A stretch of 64,000 bases of DNA, taken from NCBI GenBank assembly GCA_963752595.1, contig CAVVYZ010000001.1:224001-288000 (forward strand), given 5' to 3'. Within the stretch, counting starts at the first letter, position 1; every line of letters begins with the position of its first letter. The translations under genes and the position numbers were made by a program. Of the stretch, positions 1-10,230 are shown one piece after another. Origin of the DNA: an uncultured delta proteobacterium. GTDB taxonomy: Bacteria > Desulfobacterota > Desulfomonilia > UBA1062. The notes beneath the pieces were generated by a model that saw only the letters and a program-made list of their open reading frames with translations, did not search any database and was not told the DNA's origin.

Positions 1-2990
1 GTGGTTTTCCCGATGAGCTCATCGGGCTGGTATCCGGTCAGGAATTCGTATGCAGGATTCACATATTCTATGATTCCGTCCGGACTGAAGAGTACGATAC
101 CTTCCTCTGCCTGTCTGATGGCTGCCGCGAGGCGCAGAAGATCCTGCTCCATCCTCTTGCGGGCAGTTATGTCTATCCCAATGCCCACCAGGGAGCCGTC
201 CGGGAGCCGGACATTAGCCCAGGAACTCTGCAGAAGGCTCCCTGAACGTGTCGTTATCCCGATGTCTTTCCACCCGGATTTTTCCTTCATCATCGAGTCC
301 CATATCTCGGCCCTGTAGTGGGGATCAGGATAGATGGCCGCCATGAGATCCATGGTGCGGGCCTCTTCCAGAGACCATCCGGCAAGCTTCTCGAACTCGC
401 GGTTGACGAGTTTTACCTTACCCGTTACATCGTAGAAGGTCAGCATTACCGGGATGTTATTGATGATCGTCTGCAGGATCTCCTTCTGCTCTTTCAGCTG
501 ATCTACCGTCTGGGCCAGTACCCTGGTGCGGAATTTCACCTTCTGCTCCAGTTCTTCGTTGGTCTTCCGGAGAGATTCCTGTGCATTCTTGACCTCGGTG
601 ATATCGCTGAAGATAACGAAGACCCTTGCGAGTTCCTTGTCCTGTGAATCCCCCTTGTGCAGCCGGGGGATCAGATCCACCGAAACCCAGCGATGATCAG
701 CTTGCCCCGTGCCGGAGAAGCGCATCACCTTGTTCAGGACCGAATTACCCGTCTTCAGGGTTTTCATGATCGGAAGATTGTTTACGTCAAAGGGTGCCCC
801 GTCTTCCTGTGCAGCTCCGGGTATCGATTGGAAAACCTGGAGAAACGGACGGCCCAGCATCTTCCCGAGGTCCATGCTCAGGATGTTGTTCGCTGCCTGG
901 TTTACCGATACGAGGTTGCCCGCTTCATCAAATTCCGCCACGCCCTGTTCCATGGAATCATAGAGGAAGCGGTATCGTTCCTCTGAAGCACGCAAGGCCT
1001 TTTCTGCCCGCTTCCGGTCGGTGATGTCGAGGAATGCACCCACGGACCCGCGGATATTGCCTGAAACATCGTGTAACGGTGATGCGAACTCGAGCATGCT
1101 GACGGTCACGCCGTCGTCCCGGACGACCTCCACCTCGAAATTCCGCACAATGGTGCCCCGGGAGGCAGCGCTCTGCAGAGGCAGCTCATCAGGCCCGAGT
1201 TCCCTCCCATGGGAGAGGACTTTGAAGCTCTTCGGGCGTTCATCCCGGCCTGCACTGAGGGACAGGTTCGCTCCCTGCTTCATGCCGAGTATTTTCTCGA
1301 ATGTTTTGTTTCCCCGGACCGTTCTGCTTTCCCGGCCTTCGGCAATGCCGATGCCTATGGGGATAACATCGAGCAGTGTCTGCAGTTCCTCGACGCGGCG
1401 CCTGAGGTCGGTATTCAGATTTCCTATCTTCTCCTCAGCCTGTTTGTGCTTCGTGATATCCATCGTGATCCCGAGGATCTGCTGTATCTCACCCTGTTCA
1501 TTCAGCAGGGGGACATAGTTTACGACAAGCGTCTGTATGATGTTCCCGGAGGAAATGCTCACCTCTGCCTGCTGCGGCTGCCTGGTCCTGATCGCCCGGA
1601 GTAGGTGCGGCAGGTAGGCGCCTGCCTCCTCGTGAGGGAATATCTCTTCGTCCCGATGTCCGAGGATCTCCTCTTCGGCAAGCCCGCTTACCTGGATGAG
1701 GTGCTTGTTGACGAACCTGAACCGGCGGTCTGCATCATAGATGATAAATGTGTCCGGGAAGCGGTCAACGGCTGCGCGGAAGCGCTCCTCGCTCTGCCGC
1801 AATGCCGATTCCGCCTGCTTGCGTTCGGTGATGTCCCGGAACTCGGTTACCCTGACAGTCCGTCCATGATAGGGAATGGTCTTGCCCTGGATCTCGAGAG
1901 GGTAGATAGAGCCGTCCTTCCGCATGCCTTCGACATCATAGGGTTCGCCGAAACTGCCGACGATTCTCTGCATAACGTAATCCCGCCATGCCGGGGCAAT
2001 GAGCTTGAGGCCGTCCATGCCGATGAGCTCATCGACGGAATACCCTGTCAGGTCGTCAAGCCCCTGGTTGCAGTCCAGGATGATCCCTTTTTCGTGTATG
2101 CCGATGCCGCCGAACGAAGCTTCATGAAGCGTACGGAAACGTTCCTCGCTCTCGCGAAGCTCCTGCTCGGCCTTTGTGCGTTCCGTGATGTCACGGGCAA
2201 TGCCGATGATACCGATCACAGCACCTGAAGCATCACAGTAAGGCGATTTGGTAGTGAGGAAAACGCGATCGCCGCCGGGTGTGGGGATCCGTTCTTCCAT
2301 GACGCTCGTCCGGCCGGACTCCAGGACAAGCCGGTCATTTTCCATGAGAGCGAGCCCGATTGCCATGTCGCTGTAGATCTCGCTGTCTCTCTTTCCGAGC
2401 ACCTGCATGGAGGTTTTGCCCATTGCCGAGAGTGTTGCCGGATTGGCCAGCAGGAAGCGGCCGGACCGGTCCTTCAGGAATATCGGATCAGGGCTCCCTT
2501 CAATAACGGCATGCAGGAGAGACCGGCTCTCGTACAAAGCTTCCTCTGTCCTCTTGCGTTCGGAGATGTCGCGGACAATGGCCACGATCCGGGGCTCGCG
2601 GTGAATAAGGGTCTGTTTGAGGTTTACCTCAATCCAGAACACCCTTCCTTCCCTGTCCCTGGCCTGCCATTCGAACATCGGAGACGACTCGCCACTGAGG
2701 GCCTGGCCGATCCGCTCGACCGCGCCTTCCTGGGTGTAGGGAGGTATCCCTGAGCTTAGGTCCCCCACCGAAAGCTTAACCGCCTCTTCGACCGTGTAAC
2801 CGTACATCTCGGTCATCTTCCTGTTGACGTCCAGGATGGCTCCGGTCGAAGGGTCGTGGATAAAGATCGCGTCATTCGCTGCATCGAATATTGCCCGGTA
2901 GCCGGTTTCGGAGGCCTTCATCATCTCCTCGGCCTTCTCGCATCCGTCTGTCGTCTCTATGAGTTTCCCGTGAGAGTTCTCTGATTCCAT
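1..2990 (-). CDS. Multi-PAS/PAC sensor protein, probably a histidine kinase; 3' end runs off the window
   Basis: ATG at 2990 with AGGAG RBS; reads MESENSHGK...YRAIFDAANDAIFIHD...DVNRKMTEMYGYT; about seven DI(T/S)xxK PAC-end motifs recur down to position ~160. Missing from the ORF track because no stop lies in the window. Confidence 0.85.
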   Translation of the reverse strand, partial: MESENSHGKLIETTDGCEKAEEMMKASETGYRAIFDAANDAIFIHDPSTGAILDVNRKMTEMYGYTVEEAVKLSVGDLSSGIPPYTQEGAVERIGQALSGESSPMFEWQARDREGRVFWIEVNLKQTLIHREPRIVAIVRDISERKRTEEALYESRSLLHAVIEGSPDPIFLKDRSGRFLLANPATLSAMGKTSMQVLGKRDSEIYSDMAIGLALMENDRLVLESGRTSVMEERIPTPGGDRVFLTTKSPYCDASGAVIGIIGIARDITERTKAEQELRESEERFRTLHEASFGGIGIHEKGIILDCNQGLDDLTGYSVDELIGMDGLKLIAPAWRDYVMQRIVGSFGEPYDVEGMRKDGSIYPLEIQGKTIPYHGRTVRVTEFRDITERKQAESALRQSEERFRAAVDRFPDTFIIYDADRRFRFVNKHLIQVSGLAEEEILGHRDEEIFPHEEAGAYLPHLLRAIRTRQPQQAEVSISSGNIIQTLVVNYVPLLNEQGEIQQILGITMDITKHKQAEEKIGNLNTDLRRRVEELQTLLDVIPIGIGIAEGRESRTVRGNKTFEKILGMKQGANLSLSAGRDERPKSFKVLSHGRELGPDELPLQSAASRGTIVRNFEVEVVRDDGVTVSMLEFASPLHDVSGNIRGSVGAFLDITDRKRAEKALRASEERYRFLYDSMEQGVAEFDEAGNLVSVNQAANNILSMDLGKMLGRPFLQVFQSIPGAAQEDGAPFDVNNLPIMKTLKTGNSVLNKVMRFSGTGQADHRWVSVDLIPRLHKGDSQDKELARVFVIFSDITEVKNAQESLRKTNEELEQKVKFRTRVLAQTVDQLKEQKEILQTIINNIPVMLTFYDVTGKVKLVNREFEKLAGWSLEEARTMDLMAAIYPDPHYRAEIWDSMMKEKSGWKDIGITTRSGSLLQSSWANVRLPDGSLVGIGIDITARKRMEQDLLRLAAAIRQAEEGIVLFSPDGIIEYVNPAYEFLTGYQPDELIGKT

Positions 2991-3341
2991 TGATACTCCT
3001 GATGCACCTGTCGATAACCGTACATATGCTGCCTGACAGCATGTTTCCTGAATATAGTATGAGAAAAAGAGAGAAACGGACTCAATCCATCTGAACACAA
3101 ACCCGAACAAAAGCGATTTATAAAATATGACGGGTGCATGATGATCAATTCCTTATGTAAATGTCAACATAAATAATTACAGAGCGAGCTTTTTTGCATC
3201 TATTTGCAGATAACCCTTTGTCTTGCTTGAGGGAGAAGAAATTGCGGGTATTCTCCATTCCATGAGGAGAAAAAGAGGGGGAGATGAATGCCGGGTTGTC
3301 AGGGATACATCAGGCAGCCCGTTAAGGAGCAACTGCCGGCC

Positions 3342-4394
3342 ATGAATCTCTATGAATATCTCGATTCGGTACGCAGATGGCAGGGCGCATTCCTGGATGT
3401 GTTCGGATTGGGTCCGCAAGAGTCCCCTTCGAGAACCGTGTTCTCAAGACGGTTGATGACGCTCAAGGTCTATGGCGGTGGACAGCCGGGAGGACCTGTC
3501 CTCCTGATTGTTCCTGCTCCGATCAAGAGGGCGTATATCTGGGATATTGCCCCGGGGGCAAGCGTGGTTCGTGAATGCCTGAGAAGCGGCATACGGGTTT
3601 ACATGATTCATTGGAAAGAACCCGGGCCGGATGATCAGGAGGCAGGGCTTGATGAGTATGCCGGCTCATTCATTGCCTCATGCCTGGATGCCGTCGGCAG
3701 CGAGACAAGAGAAAAGAGGGTATTCATAGCCGGACACTCGCTGGGCGGCACACTTTCCGCCATCTTCACTTCCCGGTTTACCGGCCGGGTCAGGGGCCTG
3801 ATCCTGGTGGGAGCCCCGTTGCAGTTCGGTCCGGATGTGGGAGAACTCGACGCGATGATTGCGAAGTCGCCGAAGGCCGAAGATTTTACCAAAAAGCTCG
3901 GCAATGTGCCGGGCGCCTTTGTCGGCTCGATGAGCAGCGCTGCTTCGCCGGAGAGCTTCAGGAAAGAACGCTTCCATGACTGGTTCTTAAGCCTCACGGA
4001 TCCGGAGGCCTGGCAGATGCATATGCGGGTGGAGCGCTGGACCCTCGATGAAATGCCCATGCCCCGGAGGCTTTTTGAGCAAGTCATGGAATTTCTGTAC
4101 CGTGAAGACCGGTTCATGAAGGCCCGATTGACGATCGACGGCCGGACTGCCGTCCCTGCGGGCGTCAGATCCCCGATCCTGAGCATTGCGGACAAGCGGT
4201 CGAGGGTCGTCTCGCCTCAGGCATCTCTTGCGTTTCATGATGCCGCGGCAAGCATCGACAAGAAAGTGCTCTGGTACAATGGCGATGTCGGGGTAGCGCT
4301 CCAGCATATCGGGATGCTCGTGGGAAAGAATGCCCATCAATACCTGTGGCCGGAGATCATTGCATGGATTCATGCTCACAGCCATACAGAATGA
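3342..4394 (+). CDS. PhaC-like alpha/beta-fold hydrolase with Ser lipase box
   Basis: PVLLIVPAPIKRAYIWD, GHSLGG elbow, C-terminal His (LQHIG) and LWPEIIAWI end resemble class III PHA synthase; start may be 3288. Confidence 0.7.
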   Translation: MNLYEYLDSVRRWQGAFLDVFGLGPQESPSRTVFSRRLMTLKVYGGGQPGGPVLLIVPAPIKRAYIWDIAPGASVVRECLRSGIRVYMIHWKEPGPDDQEAGLDEYAGSFIASCLDAVGSETREKRVFIAGHSLGGTLSAIFTSRFTGRVRGLILVGAPLQFGPDVGELDAMIAKSPKAEDFTKKLGNVPGAFVGSMSSAASPESFRKERFHDWFLSLTDPEAWQMHMRVERWTLDEMPMPRRLFEQVMEFLYREDRFMKARLTIDGRTAVPAGVRSPILSIADKRSRVVSPQASLAFHDAAASIDKKVLWYNGDVGVALQHIGMLVGKNAHQYLWPEIIAWIHAHSHTE

Positions 4395-4470
4395 ACGGCG
4401 AGGATAACCACGGAAGGCCCTGCCATTATGTATGTATCCCCCGGCAATAACTGCTTGTCCATCGTTAAAA

Positions 4471-4533
4471 TTAGTTGATTAACCAAAATATATTGACAGG
4501 AAATAGGAGTTATTTTATTGGTTAAGCAACTCA
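4471..4533. promoter_or_regulatory. Pair of putative TetR operators flanking a TTGACA -35 upstream of ald
   Basis: TTAGTTGATTAACCAA (4471-4486) and TTGGTTAAGCAACTCA (4518-4533) match 14/16 in inverted orientation and each is quasi-palindromic; TTGACA at 4493-4498. Confidence 0.65.
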
Positions 4534-4548
4534 TCGCTGGAGGTTTCC

Positions 4549-5658
4549 ATGAATATCGGAGTCCCGAGAGAGATCAAGACGCGGGAGGGCAGAGTGGCCG
4601 TAACTCCGTCAGGGGTAGCGGCATTAAGAAGCCGGGGCCATCGGGTATATGTGGAAAACGGTGCAGGCCTGGGATCAGGGATGTCCGACAGTGCTTATGA
4701 AAAGGCAGGGGCGGTGATGGTTGCCGACCCGGATGCTCTATGGGGCTCCTCCGATATGATCGTCAAGGTCAAAGAGCCCATCCATGGAGAATTCGAGCGC
4801 ATGCACAAGGGGCAGATCCTGTTCACCTTCCTCCACCTTGCCGCATCCGTGGAACTCACCCGTGAGCTTCTCGAGCGCAAGGTTATCGGGATAGCCTATG
4901 AGACGATCCAGCTCGAAGACGGATCGCTCCCTCTGCTCGCCCCCATGAGCGCGGTTGCCGGCCGGCTCTCCATCCAGATGGGGTGCGCCTGCCTTGAGGC
5001 AAAAAACGGTGGAAAGGGAATACTGCTCTCGGGCGTGCCCGGAGTCCATCCGGCGAAAGTCGCGATCTTAGGCGCAGGGATATCCGGTCTCAACGCCGCA
5101 CACCTGGCCGTGGGCATGGGCGCACAGGTCTCTATCCTCGATATCAACCAGAAGCGCCTGAACTACATCGAGGATATTTTTCATTCCAGGATCATCACCC
5201 TCATGTCGAATCCCGAGAATGTTGAAAAGAGTGTCCGGGAGGCTGATCTCGTCATCGGGTCGGTGCTCATCCCCGGTGCACGGGCGCCGCATCTCATCAC
5301 GAGGGAGCTCTTAAGGGAAATGGAGCCGGGCTCAGCCATCGTGGATATCGCCATTGACCAGGGCGGATGCGCGGAGACGAGCAGGCCCACCACGCATGAT
5401 GATCCAACCTATATCGAAGAGGGCATTGTCCACTACTGCGTCACGAATATGCCCGGCGCAGTACCGCGCACCTCGACCTATGCGCTCGCCAACGGGACGT
5501 TTCCCTATGTGATGGAGCTTGCGGACAAGGGATGGGAGCGTGCCCTGCATGAAAACCGTGCCCTGGCAAAAGGCCTCAATGTATTGACAGGGAAGCTCAC
5601 GAACAGGAAGGTGGCCGAGGCCTTCGGATGGAAGGGCCTGGATTTCGAGGCTGTTTGA
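4549..5658 (+). CDS. ald: Alanine dehydrogenase
   Basis: MNIGVPREIK..E.RVA, KVKEP, FTFLHLAA, LLAPMSAVAGRL, VDIAIDQGGC, HYCVTNMPGAVPRTST. Confidence 0.97.
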   Translation: MNIGVPREIKTREGRVAVTPSGVAALRSRGHRVYVENGAGLGSGMSDSAYEKAGAVMVADPDALWGSSDMIVKVKEPIHGEFERMHKGQILFTFLHLAASVELTRELLERKVIGIAYETIQLEDGSLPLLAPMSAVAGRLSIQMGCACLEAKNGGKGILLSGVPGVHPAKVAILGAGISGLNAAHLAVGMGAQVSILDINQKRLNYIEDIFHSRIITLMSNPENVEKSVREADLVIGSVLIPGARAPHLITRELLREMEPGSAIVDIAIDQGGCAETSRPTTHDDPTYIEEGIVHYCVTNMPGAVPRTSTYALANGTFPYVMELADKGWERALHENRALAKGLNVLTGKLTNRKVAEAFGWKGLDFEAV

Positions 5659-5718
5659 TGTCCATGCCGGGTTAAATTGCCGGCTTCATGATCTGCACTG
5701 AAAAGGGAGGGTAAATAT

Positions 5719-7356
5719 ATGGAGGGCTGTAAGGATGTAGTATTTAAGAATGCTACGGTTTGGGCAGGCAACCCTATCAGGAAGGTTAAGGGGGGCATGA
5801 AGATAGCCGGGGGCAGAGTTGTTGAGATCTTCGAGAATGGACAACCCCCATGGGAGGCAGATCAATCCATCGACCTCAAAGGAATGCATGTCATCCCGGG
5901 GCTTATCGATGCACACCGGCACTTCTCTGCATATGCCCTGTTAGCCTGCTATGGTGATGCCGGTACATGGAGATCGAAGGCTGATGCGCTTGCTGCCATC
6001 GAGGCTGCATGCAGTGCGTCACGATCACCGGATGCATGGGTCTTCTTCTCGATGATGGATTATTCCAAGTGGAAGAAACCTTGCCCGCCATCGCTCAAGG
6101 AGATCGATGAGGTTGCACAGGGACGCCCGGTAGTTGTCGTCGACATTACCTTTCATCGCGGCATTGTATCATCGGAGGCAATCCGGAAGGTTGGGCTCGC
6201 GAGGAATACCCTGCGGCACGCAGGTGATGTGGAGGCCTCTTTTTCCGGCAAACCGAAGGGAATTATCTGGGAAGAGGCTCTCGGCAAGGTGCTGTTCAGC
6301 GTTTTCAGGGATATGCTGAAGATCCTGAGCAGGGAGGAGAAGATTAAACTCTTTCTCGACGAGGCCAAAAAGTGCCTTGCCATGGGTCTGACCCATGTGC
6401 ACGATCCCGGCATCCCCTCGGACATCCAGATGCTCCTGAACGATGCCCAGGGCAGCACGCCGTTGAAAATGAGCTGGTCGATAACGGGGAGTGAAAGCCT
6501 CTGCAGCCCTCCGGCCGGGGGGAATGAGCAAGGGGCCGTTCACTCGATTCATGCCCCGAAAAGCGTCAAGTTCTTCCTCGACGGCGCGCACCGTACCGCT
6601 GCGAGCATGCCTGTTATCGCCGGTCTCAAGGCAATGGTCCGTGCCGCGGCCGACAGCGTTTCCATGCTCGATACGCGCTCGCTCCGGCTTCTTTTCGAGC
6701 AGAAGATTATCTTACGGGGCAGCCGTCTGACCATGCCGTACTTGCGCTTTCCGGACACAGGAGATCTTATCCGGAGGGCCGCGTACTTTTCAGACAAGGG
6801 ATACCGGCTCGTGCTCCATGCACTGGGCAACGACGCTGTGCAGCAGGCGGCGACAGTGCTTAATACCATCAAACCGGCAGGTGGAGCATCGGTCGAGCAT
6901 CTGCTGGTCATGTCGGATAATGATCTGGATATATTTGCCGGCTGCGACGCAGTTGCATCCGTTCAGCCTGGATTCATACCGGTCTATGCGGATACCCTCG
7001 AGCGCCAGGGGGTGATTTCCTACATGAAGACCTTTGGGTTACGAAGCATGATCAGGAGGGGGATACCGGTCTGCATAAGCTCTGACGGGCCCTGTGGACC
7101 GGATGATCCCCTGTTCAATATCAGGAGGGCCGTGGATCGCAGGAAGCCTGACGGTTCCCGGCTCGATCCCGAAGAGTCAATCAGCCCGGAAGAGGCCCTT
7201 GCCGCCGCAACCATCGGGGGCAGCCTGTCCATGGGCAATGGAAATGAAGGCTTGAAGACGGGCGGTCCTGCACATTTCTGCATCGTAAGCGACGATCCGT
7301 TTTCAGATTCGAGCAGGGTAGTCCAGACCTGGATTGACGGGGTGAGGGCATATTGA
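5719..7356 (+). CDS. Metal-dependent amidohydrolase (amidohydrolase_3, YtcJ-like)
   Basis: PGLIDAHRH, KFFLDG, HALGNDA, VEH, SSDGP metal-ligand motifs; TWIDG terminus. Confidence 0.85.
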   Translation: MEGCKDVVFKNATVWAGNPIRKVKGGMKIAGGRVVEIFENGQPPWEADQSIDLKGMHVIPGLIDAHRHFSAYALLACYGDAGTWRSKADALAAIEAACSASRSPDAWVFFSMMDYSKWKKPCPPSLKEIDEVAQGRPVVVVDITFHRGIVSSEAIRKVGLARNTLRHAGDVEASFSGKPKGIIWEEALGKVLFSVFRDMLKILSREEKIKLFLDEAKKCLAMGLTHVHDPGIPSDIQMLLNDAQGSTPLKMSWSITGSESLCSPPAGGNEQGAVHSIHAPKSVKFFLDGAHRTAASMPVIAGLKAMVRAAADSVSMLDTRSLRLLFEQKIILRGSRLTMPYLRFPDTGDLIRRAAYFSDKGYRLVLHALGNDAVQQAATVLNTIKPAGGASVEHLLVMSDNDLDIFAGCDAVASVQPGFIPVYADTLERQGVISYMKTFGLRSMIRRGIPVCISSDGPCGPDDPLFNIRRAVDRRKPDGSRLDPEESISPEEALAAATIGGSLSMGNGNEGLKTGGPAHFCIVSDDPFSDSSRVVQTWIDGVRAY

Positions 7357-7432
7357 ATGTTGTTACCGGCAGGCAGCCGGAAAAATGAAACCATGCATGA
7401 GCACTCGGCGTGCACTGAAGAAGGAGGTTCGT

Positions 7433-8836
7433 ATGGAAGAAATGGGGTATCAGAAGATGGATGTCCAGGAGCGTGACTATATCCAGCACCTCTTCGGCAA
7501 GCACATTTCCAGAGGGCAGGTGCGGTACTTAAGGTGTGCGCACCTGGATATCTATGAATGCAACCGCAAGGGGTGCACGGTCACGGATGCGGTTTCGGGC
7601 AGGAAGTTCTTCGACTGCTTCAGCTCGGCAGGGTGCTTCAATGTGGGCAGGGGAAATCCCCGGATCATTAAGGCGCTCGAGCAGGCTCTGGACAGGTATG
7701 ACATGGGGTCTCACCAGATCCTCTCCGAACACAAGATCAGGTTTGCCGAGAAGCTCGCAAGCCTCTGCCCCGGGGATCTCAAGCGCGTGGTGCTCTGCGC
7801 GAGCGGTGCCGATGCATGCGCAGGGGCCATTAAGCTCGCCAAGGGCGCAACGGGGAGAAACGAAGTGATCACCATGGATAAGGCCTACCACGGGCACGAG
7901 GGGTTCAGCCTGTCAGCAAACGGCAAGGATTATTACAAGGAGCTGTTCCTGCCGCTGATGCCGGGCTTCCGCGTGGTTCCCTTCAACGATCTGGAAGCGG
8001 TGAGGAAGGCCGCATCGAAAGATACGGCAGCGATCATTCTGGAGCCGGTGCAGGGGGAGGGAGGCATCCACGTCGCTACGCAGGAATACATGAAGGGCTT
8101 GAGAAAGCTCTGCGACGATCTCGGCATCATGCTCATCTTTGACGAGGTGCAGACGGGATTCGGCAGGACCGGAAAGATGTGGTGCATGGAGCACTACGGC
8201 ATGATCCCTGATATCATGTTCACGGCCAAGTCCTTAAGCGGAGGCGTTTATCCCAACGGCGCCGTCGTTTACCGGGAAAGAGAGCCCCTGATGAGCTATG
8301 TCGAAGAAAACCCGGCCTTCCATACCTCCCATTCCGGAGGATCGGACCTCGGGTGCATCGTATCGTCTGAAGTCCTCGATTACATCGTGGAGAACAAGCT
8401 CTGGGATCATGCAGCCAAGGTCGGAAAGCGTTTCAAGGACGGACTCATGGAGATCGGGAGGCAGAACATCGGGATCGTCAAGGAAGTGCGCGGGCTCGGG
8501 CTCATGATCGGCATCGAGTACAAATATGAGTTCATCGGTGCACTTATGGCAGATTGCCTTGCGAGGCATGGTGTCTGGGCCGTGTACTCGGGCAACGCCC
8601 CTCAGGTCATGCGCTTCCAGATACCTGTCACGGCATCCATGGAGGAAGTGGAAGAGCTCCTGGGACGGATCAAGGCTGCCGTGAGCTCCATGAAACTGTA
8701 TCTCATCTTCCTCCTCCCTCTGGCAAAGGTGCCCCTGTTCAGGATGATCCTCGACAACCTGAAAGTTCAGATCCTGGCCTTTAATATCGTAAGAGATATC
8801 GAAGAGATCGTTTTCAAATATGTAGTGAGAAAGTAA
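7433..8836 (+). CDS. Class III PLP aminotransferase, Lys-bearing subunit (PatA/ArgD-like) with hydrophobic C-terminal extension
   Basis: SGADA, AYHG, LEPVQGEGG, FDEVQTGFGRTG, PDIMFTAKSLSGG (Lys codon 8228-8230); AAGGAGG RBS before ATG 7433. Confidence 0.92.
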   Translation: MEEMGYQKMDVQERDYIQHLFGKHISRGQVRYLRCAHLDIYECNRKGCTVTDAVSGRKFFDCFSSAGCFNVGRGNPRIIKALEQALDRYDMGSHQILSEHKIRFAEKLASLCPGDLKRVVLCASGADACAGAIKLAKGATGRNEVITMDKAYHGHEGFSLSANGKDYYKELFLPLMPGFRVVPFNDLEAVRKAASKDTAAIILEPVQGEGGIHVATQEYMKGLRKLCDDLGIMLIFDEVQTGFGRTGKMWCMEHYGMIPDIMFTAKSLSGGVYPNGAVVYREREPLMSYVEENPAFHTSHSGGSDLGCIVSSEVLDYIVENKLWDHAAKVGKRFKDGLMEIGRQNIGIVKEVRGLGLMIGIEYKYEFIGALMADCLARHGVWAVYSGNAPQVMRFQIPVTASMEEVEELLGRIKAAVSSMKLYLIFLLPLAKVPLFRMILDNLKVQILAFNIVRDIEEIVFKYVVRK

Positions 8837-8848
8837 GGAGGTGCGGAT

Positions 8849-10079
8849 ATGAAGTCAGCATCGATAACGCGGACGGATAAGGGCAGTCTCTTCGTGGCAG
8901 CTGAAAAGGTGTTTTCGAAAAGTCTGGTGAAGATGATTTCGGAGCAGGGCCATGATTTCCTCGAAGGGCTTCGGGAAGGTGCGTACGTATTCGATGAAAG
9001 CGGGAATCGCTATCTCGACTGCTACACCTCGGCAGGTACGTTCAATCTGGGCCGGAAGAACAGTACCATTGCTGCAAGCCTGAAAAAGGCCCTTTACGAG
9101 ACCGACCAGGGGAATTTCGTCATGCCCTCCCAGGAGAAAGCTCTCCTTGCCCGGAGGATCTGCCGGTTCATGCCGGGAAATCTCGATTGCGTCCTCTTCG
9201 GGGTGACGCGGGGTGAATCCATGGAAGCGGCGCTGAAGCTCGCCCGCGGGTTTACCGGCCACAGCGGGATCGTCACAGTGGACAGCGGCTGCTACGGCGA
9301 GAGCGGCTTTGCGCTTTCGGTCTCGGAAAGGAAAGGCAAGGAGCAGTTCGGTGCGCTCATCCCCGATGTCAGGGTTGTTCCCTTCGGCGATGTAGCGGCA
9401 GCAAGGTCCGCAGCGGAATCGAAGCCGGCGGCATTCGTCATGGAGCCGATCCAGGCCGAGAACCACTGCAGGACGGCTTCGAATGACTACTATGCCGAGG
9501 TCAGGAGCCCTGTGCGACCGGCATGGAATCAAGCTCATCTTCGACGAAACCCAGAGCGGGTTCGGCAGGACCGGGCGGAAATTCTTCTTCGAGCATACAG
9601 GTGCCGTGCCGGATATCCTGATCGTCGGCGAGGCCATAACCGGCGGTATATTCCCCATGACCGCGATTATATTTACGCGTGAGCTGAAAGCCTTCTTCGA
9701 TATGCATCCCCTCATACACCTGTGCACCTTCGGCGGCCATGACCTCGGCTGCCGGGTTGCCATGGAAGCCCTGGATGAGTATGACCGGCAATCGCCGTGG
9801 GATAATGCGCAGCTCCTTGGAGAGAAGCTCCTGAAAGATCTTAAGTCACTTGCAGGAAGAAATACTGCCCTTCGGTCGGTTTCGGGCAAAGGCCTCCTGA
9901 TTTCATTGAAACTCGAATCCAAAGAGGCTGCCCTGAACTTTTGCAGAAAGGCAAGGGAGAAAGGGCTCCTCGTGAATGCGGGAAAGATCGATGAATCGTG
10001 CGTCGTGCTCAGGCCGAGCCTCCTGATCGGCCAGGCGGAAGAAACGTTCATTGCGGATACGATCGCCGGGATCATCTGA
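8849..10079 (+). CDS. Class III aminotransferase paralog lacking the catalytic Lys; one frameshift near 9505
   Basis: ORFs 8849..9682 and 9483..10079 join into one protein: EPIQAE, FDETQSGFGRTG, PDILIVGEAITGG, HLCTFGGH. Confidence 0.85.
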
Positions 10080-10230
10080 CTTCTGTTCTGCTCAAGTCAA
10101 AGATGGAATGCGTTTGGGTAGAGGGCATCCGGCGAGCGTGCTTTGCCGGTGATGAGGAGATGTTGATTCATGCCCGTGAATATGCCATAGTGCGGACTTA
10201 TCCAAAGAATCTCGTGAGGATACTAAAACC

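Noticed and set aside
1-2753. Series of plus-strand ORFs
   Set aside because: Antisense shadow of the minus-strand PAS protein; no recognisable motifs.
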